Shown piece after piece: positions 49,425 to 61,158 of a stretch of 64,000 nt of DNA. Every line of letters begins with the position of its first letter. The stretch's first letter is position 1. The stretch is from an uncultured delta proteobacterium (GTDB lineage Bacteria; Desulfobacterota; Syntrophia; Syntrophales; Smithellaceae). The notes under the pieces were generated by a model. It had not been told where the DNA came from. It saw only the letters and a program-made list of their open reading frames with translations, and ran no database searches. The stretch is taken from the NCBI GenBank assembly GCA_963762595.1, contig CAVXLI010000025.1, positions 90,366-154,365 on the forward strand. Direction: 5' to 3'. The translations under genes and the position numbers were made by a program.

Positions 49425-50277
49425 TAATTTTTCTCCTTGCTCGAATTACGCGCGGCAAGCCGGCATAATCTCTTTTCATGACTATATTGTCGTAAATTCC
49501 GGAATCTTCCATAATCTTGCGTACACTTTTTTCCTGAGTAGCTCCAATCTCCAATAAAAGCCAACCATTTTTTTTAAAGTTGTTGCCCGCTTGATAAACC
49601 AATTTTTCGTAGAATTCTGTTCCACTTTCACCGGCCAAAAGTGCTTCTCGCGGTTCAAAGGTTTTCACTCCCGCAGGCAGTTTTTTATATTCTTCTGCTG
49701 AAATGTAGGGAGGATTGCAAACGATTATATCAAAAAAATCGTCAACTGAGTCAAATAAATCACTTCGGCGGAAATCAATTTTATTTTCCAGTCCCAGAGT
49801 GAGAGCATTTTTCCGGGCCACTCTGAGAGCAGCGGTGGAGATGTCGGTGGCCACTACTTGAGCTTGCGGCATTTCTTTGACCAAAGCAATGGCTATCGCG
49901 CCGCTGCCCGTGCCAATATCTATAATCTTCATTTCGGGATAAGCAAATTTGCGGCCAACGCCGAGAGCTTCTTCAACAAGAATTTCAGTATCCGGCCGGG
50001 GAATCAGAACATCTTTGTTTACTTCCAGTGCAAATGTCCAAAATTCCTTGCGACCGGTGATGTAGGCCACCGGTTCCCATTGCAATCTTCGGGCAATGAT
50101 TTTTTTGAATGATACCATTTGAAGTTCGGTAATGGACATTTCCGGATTTTTTAGAAATTCGAGCCGGGTGCGCTTTAGGCAAAAAGAAAGCAATACCTCG
50201 GCATCCAATCTCGCCGAAGGGATTCCTTCACATTCAAAATTGCGGGTTGCCTCACTTAGAACTTCCCGAACAGTCAT
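49417..50277 (-). CDS. prmC: Release factor glutamine N5-methyltransferase (PrmC/HemK)
   Basis: It has [11 protein letters not shown] and NPPY. I place the start at MTVREVL (50277). The 27 codons upstream in ORF 49417-50358 read through a repeat element. Confidence 0.8.
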   Translation of the reverse strand: MTVREVLSEATRNFECEGIPSARLDAEVLLSFCLKRTRLEFLKNPEMSITELQMVSFKKIIARRLQWEPVAYITGRKEFWTFALEVNKDVLIPRPDTEILVEEALGVGRKFAYPEMKIIDIGTGSGAIAIALVKEMPQAQVVATDISTAALRVARKNALTLGLENKIDFRRSDLFDSVDDFFDIIVCNPPYISAEEYKKLPAGVKTFEPREALLAGESGTEFYEKLVYQAGNNFKKNGWLLLEIGATQEKSVRKIMEDSGIYDNIVMKRDYAGLPRVIRARRKISG

Positions 50278-50290
50278 ATCTTCAATCCGG

Positions 50291-50420
50291 TTAATGAAAC
50301 TCGCTGAAAACGAGCGCAGCGAAGTTTGAAGCGTTAGCTGAATTAATCCCATAGCCAAGGCTATCGGGATATGGTTAATATCTCATATAGTGCAGCGATT
50401 CTTATTTTGAGTTCAGGTCT
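50291..50420. repeat. Mosaic hairpin-module repeat cluster (locus R8) in the prfA-prmC intercistronic gap
   Basis: The sequence reads gaaactcgctgaaaac..gtttgaagcg + ttagctgaattaat + CCCATAGCCaaGGCTATCGGG + atatgg, colinear with 1000-1080, followed by a degenerate third module. Confidence 0.85.
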
Positions 50421-50437
50421 TGCCTTGAGGTCTGTTA

Positions 50438-51508
50438 TCATTTATTTAAAGCTTCCGCCTGATAATGAGTCGCCAGTGCGTCAATCACGGCGCCGATGTT
50501 GCCGTTTAAGAAATTGTCGAGATCGTAGCGGGTCAGATTGATACGATGATCCGTGATGCGGCTCTGCGGGAAGTTGTAAGTACGAATGCGTTCGGAACGA
50601 TCGCCGCTGCCCACCTGGCTTTTACGCGTCTGCGCCTGTTCGGCGTTTTGCTTTTGCACCATGGAGTCGAGTAGACGTGCGCGCAGGACTTTCATCGCCT
50701 TGTTTTTATTTTTAAGCTGGGATTTTTCATCCTGGCAGGTGACAACAAGTCCTGTCGGCAAATGGGTGATGCGTACGGCCGAATCCGTCGTATTGACGCT
50801 TTGACCGCCATGTCCTGTAGAGCGGTAAACGTCAATGCGCAATTCATTGGGGTCAATTTTGATTTCCACTTCTTCCGCTTCCGGCATGATCGCCACAGTG
50901 ACGGCTGAGGTGTGGATACGTCCCTGCGCTTCGGTAACCGGAACGCGCTGGACGCGATGGACGCCGCTCTCGTACTTTAGACGGCTGTAAGCGCCCTTAC
51001 CTTCAATCTGCGCGATAATTTCTTTAAAGCCGCCCACACCGCCCGCGGGAGAACTGCTGACCACTTCCACCCGCCAGCCTTGAGATTCCGCGAAACGCGC
51101 ATACATTCTAAACAAATCACCGACAAAAAGGCCGGCTTCATCGCCTCCGGTACCGGCCCTGATTTCCAAAAAGACGTTTTTATTGTCGTTCGGATCTTTG
51201 GGCAGAAGCAAAACCTTTAACTTTTCTTCCAATTCAATTTGCTCTTGCTGCAGCTGCGGCAGTTCTTCTTTGACAATCGTTTTTAATTCCTCGTCATTTT
51301 CTGCCAAAAATCCCTGATATTCTGCTATTCGGCTTTTGATTTTTTCATATTGACGGATAGTTTCCACTAATTCGGTCAAATCAGCATGCTCTTTGGCGTA
51401 TTTTTGATAAAGACCCTGCTTGGAAACAACTTGAGGGTCGCTCAGTTGCCCCTCCAGTTCTCTGTAACGTATTTCAATTTCGCGAAGTTTATCGAGTAAA
51501 ATATTCAT
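50438..51508 (-). CDS. prfA: Peptide chain release factor 1
   Basis: This is an intact 356-aa ORF with the PAT/PxT region, GGQSVN (GGQ motif) and RIRTYNFPQ. Confidence 0.95.
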   Translation of the reverse strand: MNILLDKLREIEIRYRELEGQLSDPQVVSKQGLYQKYAKEHADLTELVETIRQYEKIKSRIAEYQGFLAENDEELKTIVKEELPQLQQEQIELEEKLKVLLLPKDPNDNKNVFLEIRAGTGGDEAGLFVGDLFRMYARFAESQGWRVEVVSSSPAGGVGGFKEIIAQIEGKGAYSRLKYESGVHRVQRVPVTEAQGRIHTSAVTVAIMPEAEEVEIKIDPNELRIDVYRSTGHGGQSVNTTDSAVRITHLPTGLVVTCQDEKSQLKNKNKAMKVLRARLLDSMVQKQNAEQAQTRKSQVGSGDRSERIRTYNFPQSRITDHRINLTRYDLDNFLNGNIGAVIDALATHYQAEALNK

Positions 51509-51626
51509 ATTATATTTTTTAAATGGGTCTTTGAGTATTTAGGGCTAATAGATAATGCTTGATTGTATACTCCTTCCTGTTGGAAAGAGCACCTATAAAT
51601 GGTAAGAAGGAGAAGTTATAATTGTC

Positions 51627-51659
51627 ATAAAAATAGAAGATGATGAAATATCATCGTTC
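51627..51659 (-). terminator. Rho-independent terminator candidate downstream of rpmE
   Basis: On the minus strand, GAACGATGAT-atttc-ATCATCTTC is followed by TATTTTTAT. Confidence 0.5.
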
Positions 51660-51677
51660 TTAATTGCAAAAAATTAT

Positions 51678-51923
51678 TTAGTTACTTTTTTTCGTCGGTT
51701 TCTTTCCGGTTTGCGGCTGTCCCTCTTTGGCTTCGTACTTCTTCTTGAATCTTTCCACGCGGCCTGCCGTATCTACTATCTTTTGTTTACCTGTTATAAA
51801 GGGATGGCAATTGGAACAAATTTCTATCTTAATATCTTTTTTAGTCGATCTTGTTTCAATGACATTACCGCAAACACAAGTGATGGTTGTTTTTTTATAT
51901 TCCGGATGAATGCCTTCTTTCAT
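51678..51923 (-). CDS. rpmE: 50S ribosomal protein L31 (Zn-ribbon type)
   Basis: It reads MKEGIHPEY with CxC..CxxCHPF, plus a short Lys-rich C-terminal extension. Confidence 0.9.
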   Translation of the reverse strand: MKEGIHPEYKKTTITCVCGNVIETRSTKKDIKIEICSNCHPFITGKQKIVDTAGRVERFKKKYEAKEGQPQTGKKPTKKSN

Positions 51924-52067
51924 GTCTTCTTGTTTTCCTCCTTAGCCTTTATCTGCGACTGATAAAATTCCAGTATAGTTTCATAGTAATATGCGTGCTT
52001 ATAATATATGCCGTAAAAATTCAAGAAAATTAATAATACCGTAAACTCAAAGTGGGTTTAAGCACGT

Positions 52068-53315
52068 TTATGAATTCATCGAATCCAAAAATTCTTGATT
52101 AGTTTCCGTTTTCTTGATTTTGCCGATAATGAATTCCATGGCGTCGACAGGATTCATTTCTTGCAGCAGTCTGCGTAAAATCCAGATACGATTGAGATTA
52201 TTTTTGGGGATCAACAATTCTTCTTTCCTGGTTCCTGAACGAATCAAGTCAAAGGCAGGGAAGATTCTGCGGTCGGAAATGCGGCGGTCTAAATGCAATT
52301 CCATATTGCCCGTTCCCTTAAATTCCTCAAAAATTACTTCATCCATACGGCTTCCCGTATCAATCAGCGCCGTGGAAATTATCGTTAAGCTCCCGCCATT
52401 TTCGATATTCCTGGCCGCGCCGAAGAAGCGCTTTGGTTTATGCAAAGCGTTGGAATCGACACCACCGGAAAGAACTTTTCCGCTGGGCGGGACAACGGTA
52501 TTATAAGCGCGCGCCAGACGAGTGATGCTGTCCAGCAAAATGACCACGTCTTTTTTATGTTCAACAAGGCGTTTGGCCTTTTCAATGACCATTTCTGCTA
52601 CTTGCACATGGCGGGAAGCCGGTTCGTCAAATGTGGAAGAAATTACTTCCCCGGCGACACTGCGCTGCATGTCGGTTACTTCTTCCGGCCGCTCGTCAAT
52701 TAAAAGCACCATCAAAACTACTTCTTTATGATTTGCCGTGATGCTATGGGCAATATCCTGCAAAAGTACTGTTTTACCGGCACGCGGCGGTGAAACAATC
52801 AAAGCGCGTTGTCCCTTGCCGATCGGTGCAAACAAATCCAATGTTCTGGTGGAAAAATTTTCGGGATCAAATTCCAGATTCAATTTTTCCAGAGGATAAA
52901 GAGGAGTCAGGTTGTCAAAAAGGATTTTGTCGCGGGCTTGTTCGGGGCTTTCGAAATTTACGGTATCAACTTTCAGCAGGGCGAAATATTTTTCTCCTTC
53001 TTTGGGGGGACGGACTTCGCCGGAAATGGTGTCGCCGGTCTTTAAATTAAACCTTCTGATTTGCGAAGGGGAAATGTAAATATCATCGGGACTGGGCAGG
53101 TAGTTGTAATCCACAGCGCGTAAAAAGCCAAATCCGTCCGGCAGAATTTCCAGCACGCCCGAGCCGGAAATCACGCCGTTTTGTTCCGCCTGTGTCTGTA
53201 AAATGGCAAAAATCAAATCCTGACGACGCATGCCGCTGGCACCGGGAACGTCTAAATCCTTGGCTAAATTGTTGAGTTCGCTGATGGGTAATCGTTTGAT
53301 ATCTTCAATGTTCAT
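52068..53315 (-). CDS. rho: Transcription termination factor Rho
   Basis: This is an intact 415-aa ORF with GFGFLR, PPRAGKT and [10 protein letters not shown]. Confidence 0.95.
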   Translation of the reverse strand: MNIEDIKRLPISELNNLAKDLDVPGASGMRRQDLIFAILQTQAEQNGVISGSGVLEILPDGFGFLRAVDYNYLPSPDDIYISPSQIRRFNLKTGDTISGEVRPPKEGEKYFALLKVDTVNFESPEQARDKILFDNLTPLYPLEKLNLEFDPENFSTRTLDLFAPIGKGQRALIVSPPRAGKTVLLQDIAHSITANHKEVVLMVLLIDERPEEVTDMQRSVAGEVISSTFDEPASRHVQVAEMVIEKAKRLVEHKKDVVILLDSITRLARAYNTVVPPSGKVLSGGVDSNALHKPKRFFGAARNIENGGSLTIISTALIDTGSRMDEVIFEEFKGTGNMELHLDRRISDRRIFPAFDLIRSGTRKEELLIPKNNLNRIWILRRLLQEMNPVDAMEFIIGKIKKTETNQEFLDSMNS

Positions 53316-53687
53316 AAATACTTCCTTACTTTAAATTCTAATTAAGCAATGTTATTCCGATACGATATATTCATTTTTACTGCGTTATTTTTCAAGAAAT
53401 ACACAAGGATAATCACGAATTTTTTAAAATTTACGGATTAAATATCGGCTTGTTTATTTGAATACTTGAAACTCTCCAAAGGGCAGGGCTTATAAAAGCC
53501 TCTAACGAATTGTATGAAATATTATATTAATATTGATGGACTGTCAAGATATTTTCTTGTATTAACGCATTTCTTTTGAGATATAATGTTTTTGAGCGGG
53601 CTACCGATTTTTTTCTTGATTCCTGAGCGGCACTAAACTAAATAATTTTATATAATTATTTTGTCCGGTGGAAAGGTTTTGGTTTTT

Positions 53688-55150
53688 ATGGAAGAAATAA
53701 AAAATAATGAAAAGAAGGCTATTGAACCGATCGATACTCCTTCTGAAATTTCTATGGAAGAGCTAATGCCGGAATTGCGCGCCGCTTGTGAGCGTGCTGG
53801 CTGGAAAATTCTCACACCGGTGCAGGCCAAAGCTATTCCCTATCTTTTGGCCGGCCGCGATATGATGGTTCAATCGCGAACCGGCAGCGGTAAAACCGGC
53901 GCCTACCTTTTGCCGATAATGCAAAAAATTGATTTACAACAAAATGTCGCCCAGGCTTTGGTGCTCGTTCCCACCCGCGAGCTTGCCTTGCAAGTATCCA
54001 AGGAAGCCCAAATGCTGTTCGGAAAATACAGGTATGAAAACAGCTGTTGTTTATGGCGGAGTGGGCTACAATGCGCAACTGGAAGCTTTTCGCAACGGTG
54101 CTCAGCTTGTTGTCGGCACGCCGGGAAGAATCTTGGACCATCTGCTGAAAAACACTCTTTCTCTTGATCATCTTAAAGGTATTGATTTTCGACGAGGCTG
54201 ACCGAATGTTATCCATGGGATTTTATCCCGATATGGTAAAAATTCGTAAATATATACCTACGCATGAAATAGCCAGCAGTATGTTTTCCGCGACTTTTCC
54301 GCCGCAGGTGATTCGTTTAGCCGATCAATTTCTGCGACAGCCTCAATTATTGAGCTTAAGCGGCAATCAGGTGCATATTGCCGAAATAGAACATGTTTAT
54401 TATGTTGTGCCGGGTATGCGCAAAGAAAGATCGCTGGTGCGCATAATTGAAATAGAAAATCCCGCCTCGGCCATTATCTTTTGCAATACAAAAGACACAG
54501 TGCATTATCTTTCCGTTGTGTTGAAACGTTTTGGCTATGATGCCGATGAACTGAGTTCCGATCTGGCTCAAAGCATGCGGGAGAAGGTTATGGCTCGGGT
54601 GCGGCGCGGCGCCCTGCGCTTTTTAGTAGCAACGGACGTGGCGGCTCGGGGCATTGATATTCCCGATCTTTCTCATGTAATTCAATACGAGCCGCCGGAA
54701 GACCCGGAAGCTTACATCCACCGTGCCGGACGCACGGGTCGCATGGGATCAAGCGGTGTCGCTATTTCGCTGGTTGCGGAAATGGAAAAATTCAAACTGC
54801 AAAGCATTGCCCGTTATTACAATATTAACATGGAAGAACGCCCGCTTCCCGGCGATGAAGAGCTGGAAAGGATTGTTGCCGAACGGATAACGGCGCTTTT
54901 GGAGGCGCGTCTCCGTGCCCGCGATAATCTTCAAATTGAGAGAATGCAGCGATTCGCGCCTTTGGCGCGAACTTTATCCAGGGCGGAAGACCAGTTGGCA
55001 TTAATTACCATGTTGCTGGATGATTATTATCAGCAATCATTACACGCGCCGCCGGTTCAACCGGCCGCTGGAACCGAGCAAACTTCAAGCTTGCAGCAAA
55101 AATCAAAAAAAAGAAGGCCTCGTTTGGGAAATAAAAGAGAAAAGAAGGGA
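53688..55150 (+). CDS. DEAD-box ATP-dependent RNA helicase, disrupted as assembled (at least two frame switches); 3' end uncertain
   Basis: It has TPVQAKAIP, SRTGSGKT, PTRELA, (F)DEADRML, SAT and HRAGRTGR. As assembled it reads in frame into the next gene through an A8 run at 55105-55112. Confidence 0.8.
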
Positions 55151-55159
55151 ATAAAATTT

Positions 55160-56069
55160 ATGAAATATAAATATTTATATTCAATAAAAAATATTATTAA
55201 TTTAATTTGTTATTGTCTTCTGCTATCTTTACTTGTTTCCTGCGCTTCAACACCGAAAGAAATTTTGACTTCAAAACAGGCTCAAATCGCGGTTGTTTTA
55301 GGTGCCGGTGCGTCTAAGGGTTTTGCTCATATCGGAGTTTTAAAAGTTCTGGATTCACATAAGATTCCTATTCATATGATTGTGGGTACCAGCGTCGGTT
55401 CCTTTGTCGGCAGCCTCTATGCTTACGGCTATAGTCCCTACGAATTGCAGACTATTGCTTTTGCCATTCAAAAAGACGATGTTGCCGATTATATCATGCC
55501 CGATAACGGTTTTATCAAAGGAGAAAAACTAGAAAGCTTTGTCAACAATAAATTGAAATATACACCAATAGATAAATTTAAAATTCCCTTTTATGCCGTA
55601 GCCACAAATATTCAAACCGGCGAAGAGATGATTTTCGGACGCGGAAATGCAGGGAAGGCCGTGCGGGCAAGCTGTTCAATTCCCGGAATTTTCAATCCCG
55701 TGGTAATATAGGTGATAAGTATTATGTGGATGGGGGAGTGGTAAATCCTTTGGCTGCGGATGTAGCCCGCAGGTACGGTGCGGATGTAGTAATTGCAGTG
55801 GATATATCATCGAGTGTTGGGACGTGCCGCACCGAACCGGCACGGTGGAAACGATTATGCAGGCGATTGATATAATGTATAATAAGATAGCGGCCATTCA
55901 ACTTAAAAACGCCGATGTGGTAATTAAACCGAAAGTCGGGCACATTGGTTCCAGCGATTTTTCCAAGAGACATGAAGCCATCATGGAAGGCGAAAAGGCG
56001 GCAGTGGAAGCCATGCCGGCAATTAATCAAATCATTGCCAAACTAAAGCAGGAAGGACGGCTGCCATAA
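55160..56069 (+). CDS. Patatin-like phospholipase (RssA-like) with lipoprotein-type signal peptide, disrupted as assembled (two frame switches)
   Basis: It has the signal MKYKYL..LLVSCAS, GAGASKG, GTSVGS (GxSxG) and DGGV.. (catalytic Asp region). The C-terminus is in ORF 55824-56069. Confidence 0.75.
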
Positions 56070-56159
56070 GAGAGTTGCGGTTACCCGCCAATTTAACCTT
56101 GACAAATAAATGTGTACTATGATTTACGCATGACCCTATTACTTTTAGGGGTTTTACTT

Positions 56160-56297
56160 ATGAAAAAGACTTTGACCAATAAAACAAATACCAAAAGAAA
56201 AAGAACCCACGGTTTTCTTGTCCGAATGGCTTCGAAATCCGGCAGGCAGGTTTTGAGCCGCAGAAGAGCCAAAGGAAGAAAACGTTTAGCCGTATAA
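56160..56297 (+). CDS. rpmH: 50S ribosomal protein L34
   Basis: This 45-aa ORF reads [45 protein letters not shown]. Confidence 0.85.
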   Translation: MKKTLTNKTNTKRKRTHGFLVRMASKSGRQVLSRRRAKGRKRLAV

Positions 56298-56339
56298 ATT
56301 CGGGATTTTAGCGCCTCAAGGGATGGTCGGTCGGTATGC

Positions 56340-56688
56340 ATGAAAGAACAATCTTACCGGAAATTGGAAAGGATAACTAATAAAAGCAGGTATAGAACTA
56401 TTTACCAACAGGGGGTTTGGAGAAGTTCTCAACATTTTACAACTGTAACATGCAGTAACGCCCAGGGGATTAAAAGGTTGGGAATTACCGTAACCAAAAA
56501 AGCGGGAAACGCCGTAAGAAGAAACAGAATCAAACGCCTGATTCAGAGAATTTTTTCGCCTCAACAAGGCTTTGTTTCCCGCCGAGCATGACGTTGTCGT
56601 AATGGCTAAAAAAAATATGCCCCCCCTTACTTATCAGGAAGCATGCAGAGAATTGACGGAACTCTTCACGCGGAAAGCCAAAACATAA
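56340..56688 (+). CDS. rnpA: Ribonuclease P protein component, disrupted as assembled (one frame switch near 56580)
   Basis: It has GITVTKKAGNAVRRNRIKRLI, then a shifted C-terminus ..VVVMAKK... The synteny is rpmH-rnpA-yidD-yidC. Confidence 0.75.
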
Positions 56689-56691
56689 TTT

Positions 56692-56919
56692 ATGCTCAGA
56701 AAAATTTTGGTAAAATTTTTTATTTCCATAATTCGTTTATACCAAATTTGCGTGTCACCTTTCTTTTTTGCTCCATGTTGCCGTTTTTATCCCTCATGCT
56801 CCGAGTATGCCATTTCGGCAATTAAATTGCATGGACCGGCAAAAGGTTCATTTACGGGCGTAAAAAGGATTCTGCGTTGCCATCCTCTGCATCCCGGCGG
56901 TTACGATCCAGTCAAGTAA
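56692..56919 (+). CDS. yidD: Membrane protein insertion efficiency factor YidD
   Basis: It has [11 protein letters not shown] and [13 protein letters not shown]. Confidence 0.9.
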   Translation: MLRKILVKFFISIIRLYQICVSPFFFAPCCRFYPSCSEYAISAIKLHGPAKGSFTGVKRILRCHPLHPGGYDPVK

Positions 56920-56941
56920 AAAAATAATAGGGAGGTTTTCA

Positions 56942-58621
56942 ATGGATAAAAGGACAATTCTTGCCGTAGTCCTGTCACTGGCTGTACTTTTAATATATCA
57001 GATGTTTTTCGCCAAACCACCGTGCCGGAGAGGGCGGCTACTCCTGTCAAGGAAACACAGCAGGTTCAAAAAGAAACGATAACAAAGCCTGTTTCCCCTC
57101 AAACAATAACGCCTGCTAAAAAGACCATAGTCAAAAAGGGAATTGCGGCCAAAGATATTAAGGTGGAAACAGCACATTACACGGCGATTTTTTCCACCAA
57201 AGGAGCTGCCTTAAAATCATTTAAGCTCAAAGGATATCAAAAAGAATGTAGTGAATGCGCAGACGATATTTATCCTCTCCTCAAGAATTTTTTTACCGGT
57301 GCCAAAGTAAAACCCCAAGCCAAAAAACAAAGAACTTGTGGAACTTGTCGATGTAAAGGAAGGAATGCCTTATCCACTGGCGGTTACTTTTCCGGAATCA
57401 AGCGCCGATATTGCCGCCGATTCTGTTTTTGGAACCAATACAACCAAACTGGATTTGATCAATACCAAAGAAAAGCAAAGCCTGGTTTTTTCCGGCACTT
57501 ACGACGGAAAAATTAAAGTGGAAAAGATTTTTACTTTTAATCCTGATAATTACTCAATCGCACTGGATGTTAAAGTATATAACCTTACAGATGCACCTCT
57601 GACCCAGATACCGAAGCTCAGCTGGCAACAGTATGTTGATCCCCAACAGGAGGACGACAGCTATGGTCATGAAGGCCCGGTTGTTTCTGTTGCCAAGAGC
57701 ATTGAACGGCAGGAAGTCAAAAAACTGAATAAAGAGAAGATGTTGGGTCCCAATGTATTGTGGGGCGGTTTTGAAAGTAAATATTTTATCGCCTCTTTTA
57801 TCCCGGAAAATCCGTCTTTGACCAGCGTGAGCATGAACCGTGACAGCAACAATATGGTTACCGTGGGCATTAAGGGACAAAAAGAAGTAATTCCCGGCAG
57901 ACAGAGCGGCATTATTAGTTATTCCCTCTATCTTGGTCCCAAGGATTACGGATTACTCAAAGCGCAAAATGTAGGCCTGGAAGATTCCATTGATTTCGGC
58001 AGTTGGTTGAAATGGCTGTCCATGCCGTTCCTTTTAATCCTTAATTTTCTTTACACGTTTGTCCATAACTATGGAATTGCCATTATCATTTTGACCACAT
58101 TGATTAAAATAATCTTCTGGCCGCTGGGTAATATAAGTTACAAATCCATGAAGGAAATGCAAAAAATTCAGCCGAAAATAACTGAGTTAAAAGAAAAATA
58201 CAAAAATGATCAGGCCAAGATCGGCCAGGAAACCATGGCGCTTTACCGCGCTCATAAAGTCAATCCTCTTAGCGGATGCCTGCCGATGTTGATTCAGATT
58301 CCCGTGTTTATCGGCCTTTACAAAACTCTGCTTTACGCCATTGAACTGCGCCATTCACCGTTTTTCTGGTGGATTCAGGATTTATCGGCCAAAGACCCTT
58401 ATTACATTACGCCGATTATCATGGGCGCGACGCAATTTATTCAACAGAAAATGACTCCCACTATGGGCGATCCTATGCAGGCAAAGATTATGTTGTTGAT
58501 GCCTGTAGTTTTCACCTTTTTCTTTTTAAATTTTCCTGCGGGGCTGGTCATTTACTGGTTGTTTAATAATATTTTAAGCATCGGCCAGCAATTTTATATA
58601 AATAAAAAGCTGACTAATTGA
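56942..58621 (+). CDS. yidC: Membrane protein insertase YidC, disrupted as assembled (two frame switches)
   Basis: The start is MDKRTILAVVLSLAVLLIYQMFF. The periplasmic domain fragments and ORF 57338-58621 follow (GIAIIILT..K..P, LPMLIQIPVFIGLY). Confidence 0.85.
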
Positions 58622-58625
58622 GATA

Positions 58626-59426
58626 TTGACAAGAGGTTTCGAGATGAATGCGAAAACAGTGGAAATAGAAGAAAAATCAATTGATGAAGCTATTGAAAAA
58701 GCTTGCCGTGAATTCGGCGTGTCGCGGGAAAAATTAAATATCGAAATTATTTCCGAAGACGCAGGCGGCTTTTTGGGCATACTTTCCAAAAAAGCAAAAA
58801 TCAAAGCTTCTTTGCTTTCTCTGGATATGGATTTCGCTTTAAGCGATAACATCGGGAATAAAAGCGAAACAAGAATTAAAATAGAACCAAAGGCTAAAAG
58901 TGAAAAGCCGGCTGCGCCCGCAGCCGTCCAATCAAATTCTGCTCTGGCGTTTCAGGCCAAGGAGCTATTGGAAGGTATTCTGCAGAGAATGTCTTTGCAA
59001 TGCCGGGTGACCGTCAGGGAAGAAACAGACACAATTGTTCTCAATATTGAGGGCAATGACAGCGGCTTGCTTATCGGCAGACGCGGTCAAAACCTTGATG
59101 CCCTTCAGTATATTTTAAATAAAGCCCTGAATAAATCCGATAATGAACGCAAGATAATAATGGTGGATTCGGAAGAATACCGGAAAAGAAGAGAAGAATC
59201 CCTGCTAAGCTTGGCGGAAAGAATAAGGCAAAAAGTAAAGAAGACTCACAAACCGGTATCGATCAGCCACATGAGCGCGCATGACCGGCGTATTATCCAT
59301 CTGGCCTTGCAGGAGGATGAATCTTTAACAACGAAAAGCCGCGGCGAAGGTGAATACAGAAAAATAGTAATTCTTCCCGCGAGAAGAGGCAATGCCGATC
59401 ATAACGAAGAAAAGGAACAAGGGTAG
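58626..59426 (+). CDS. Jag/KhpB RNA-binding protein (Jag_N, KH, R3H)
   Basis: It has SIDEAIEKACREFGV, LLIGRRGQNLDALQY and the R3H region MSAHDRRIIH. The start may be the Met at 58644. Confidence 0.8.
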   Translation: MTRGFEMNAKTVEIEEKSIDEAIEKACREFGVSREKLNIEIISEDAGGFLGILSKKAKIKASLLSLDMDFALSDNIGNKSETRIKIEPKAKSEKPAAPAAVQSNSALAFQAKELLEGILQRMSLQCRVTVREETDTIVLNIEGNDSGLLIGRRGQNLDALQYILNKALNKSDNERKIIMVDSEEYRKRREESLLSLAERIRQKVKKTHKPVSISHMSAHDRRIIHLALQEDESLTTKSRGEGEYRKIVILPARRGNADHNEEKEQG

Positions 59427-59474
59427 ATTCCCGGTCAATTTGCCGATCATCGTGTAAAGGGGCATTTCTCTACT

Positions 59475-60855
59475 GTGCTTCGCCAAGACACCATAGCAGC
59501 GATAGCCACTCCTTTGGGCACGGCAGGAGTCGGAATAATTAGGGTCAGCGGACCCAAAGCTCATGAAATAGCGCGCCGTATCTTCCAACCCACCGCAAAA
59601 AATTGTCCATGGGAAGAGTCACTTTCTGTATCATGGCGATATTGTTTCAGCCGATGGCAAAACAATCCTCGATGAAGTTTTAATGTCTTACATGCATCAA
59701 CCGCACTCCTTTACAGGAGAAGACGTTATTGAAATCAACTGCCATGGCAGTCCGCTCATCATGCAGACCATTTTGACACAATTGGTGGAATTGGGCTGCC
59801 GTCTGGCGAAGCCCGGCGAATTTTCCGAGCGCGCTTTTCTCAATAACCGCCTCGATTTATCGCAAGCGGAAGCACTTGCTGCTATGATTTCCGCCAAATC
59901 TCCAAAAGCCTACGCCATTGGTCTTGCCCAGTTAAAAGGAGGACTGAGTCTCGAAGTGGAAAACCTGAGAAATCTTTTGATCGATGCGCTGGCCTTACTG
60001 GAAATCGCGATTGATTTTTCCGAGGATGTATCCGTAGGCGAGACTCCAGAATTACCGCCGCAAATAGATTCGGCAGCCGAGCGTGTAAGGTTACTTTTGT
60101 CATCGTATCAAACGGCAAAAATATACACCGAAGGCATCAATGTCGTCATTACGGGCAAACCCAATGTGGGCAAATCCAGCCTACTCAATGCGCTTGCGGG
60201 CAAAAAAAAGGCTATTGTTACCGATATACCCGGTACAACACGTGATTTAATTACGGATACCATCAACATTAGCGGCATTCCTTTAAATCTGGTGGATACT
60301 GCCGGAATTAGAAAACCGCAAAACGCCATCGAAAAAGAAGGAATAGACCTGGTCTGGGAAAATCTGGCCAATGCCGATGTTGTGATTATAATTCTGGACG
60401 TCAGTAAACCCTTAACCAATGAAGACAAAAAAATTATTGCTAAGAATAAAAATAGCAATATTCTTATCGCCATCAATAAAATTGATCTGCCGCCTTCCTG
60501 GGAAATAAAAAAAATCGAGCGTTTAATTCCGCGAGGAAAAAAAATTCTTAAAATATCGGCAAAATTCGGCACGGGATTGGAAGAATTGAAAGATACTATT
60601 ATTGATGCTTCCAGTAACAGTATGGAGAAAAATACCGGTGAAATGATGATTACCAATTTACGCCATAAACTGGCGTTGGGAAATGTCCAAAAAAATATTC
60701 AGGCGGCGAAAAACAGCATTAGCGGAGGCATGTCGCCGGAATTTGCCGTTTTCGAGCTGCGTGAAGCCTTAGATCATCTGGACGAAATCACCGGTAAAAA
60801 AATTAATGACGAAGTACTGGATAAGATATTCTCCAGCTTCTGCATCGGCAAGTAA
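59475..60855 (+). CDS. mnmE: tRNA uridine-5-carboxymethylaminomethyl modification GTPase MnmE, disrupted as assembled (one frame switch at the A6 run 59597-59602)
   Basis: It has [20 protein letters not shown], then [35 protein letters not shown], and the C-terminal FCIGK. Confidence 0.9.
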
Positions 60856-60872
60856 TATCAATTTGCTTGTAA

Positions 60873-60893
60873 GTTACCGCCTTGCAGGCGGTA
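60873..60893 (+). terminator. GC-rich hairpin downstream of mnmE (terminator-like, no clean T-tract)
   Basis: TTACCGCC-ttgca-GGCGGTAA forms an 8-bp stem, followed by the palindrome TTACCGGTAA. Confidence 0.35.
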
Positions 60894-60924
60894 ATTACCG
60901 GTAAGGTAAAAATTATTTATTATG

Positions 60925-61058
60925 CGCTCCCTTATGGAAAGCGCTTCCGGTCATCGGCTAACTTTGTTGGTATCGGCGTCGGCTTCTTCAACGTATGTAC
61001 AATACGCCTCCGGCGCCTCCTCCTTGCCGCCTCGTTATCCTTCGAAAGCGAAATGGTA
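60925..61058. repeat. Second repeat family, copy 2
   Basis: The core GGCTAACTTTGTTGG..GGCTTCTTCAACGTATGTACAATACGCCT matches 4279-4335. It is flanked by GGAAAGCG and CGAAAGCGAAATGGTA. Confidence 0.6.
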
Positions 61059-61158
61059 TAAATTGAATCTCGTATAACTTTATGCTAGCATAACGTAATC
61101 TATCGGCAAGATTTTTTATAGTAAGATTATCAAAAAACAAACAAATTGAGGTAAAATA

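Noticed and set aside
50278-50358. I considered a 27-codon N-terminal extension of PrmC starting at 50358.
   Set aside because: The extension is a literal translation of the intergenic repeat modules. The conserved PrmC sequence begins at MTVREVL (50277).
55160-56069. I considered the patatin-like phospholipase next to a helicase as a candidate anti-phage effector module (CBASS-like).
   Set aside because: There are no cyclase, sensor or other defence partners. The patatin carries a lipoprotein signal peptide like housekeeping RssA-type enzymes, and the adjacency to the helicase is explained by an assembly artefact.
56099-56123. I considered TTGACA at 56099-56104 as the -35 element of an rpmH promoter.
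   Set aside because: The best -10-like hexamers (TACTAT, TATGAT) are only 10 and 13 bp away, outside the workable spacer range, so it is not reported as a feature.
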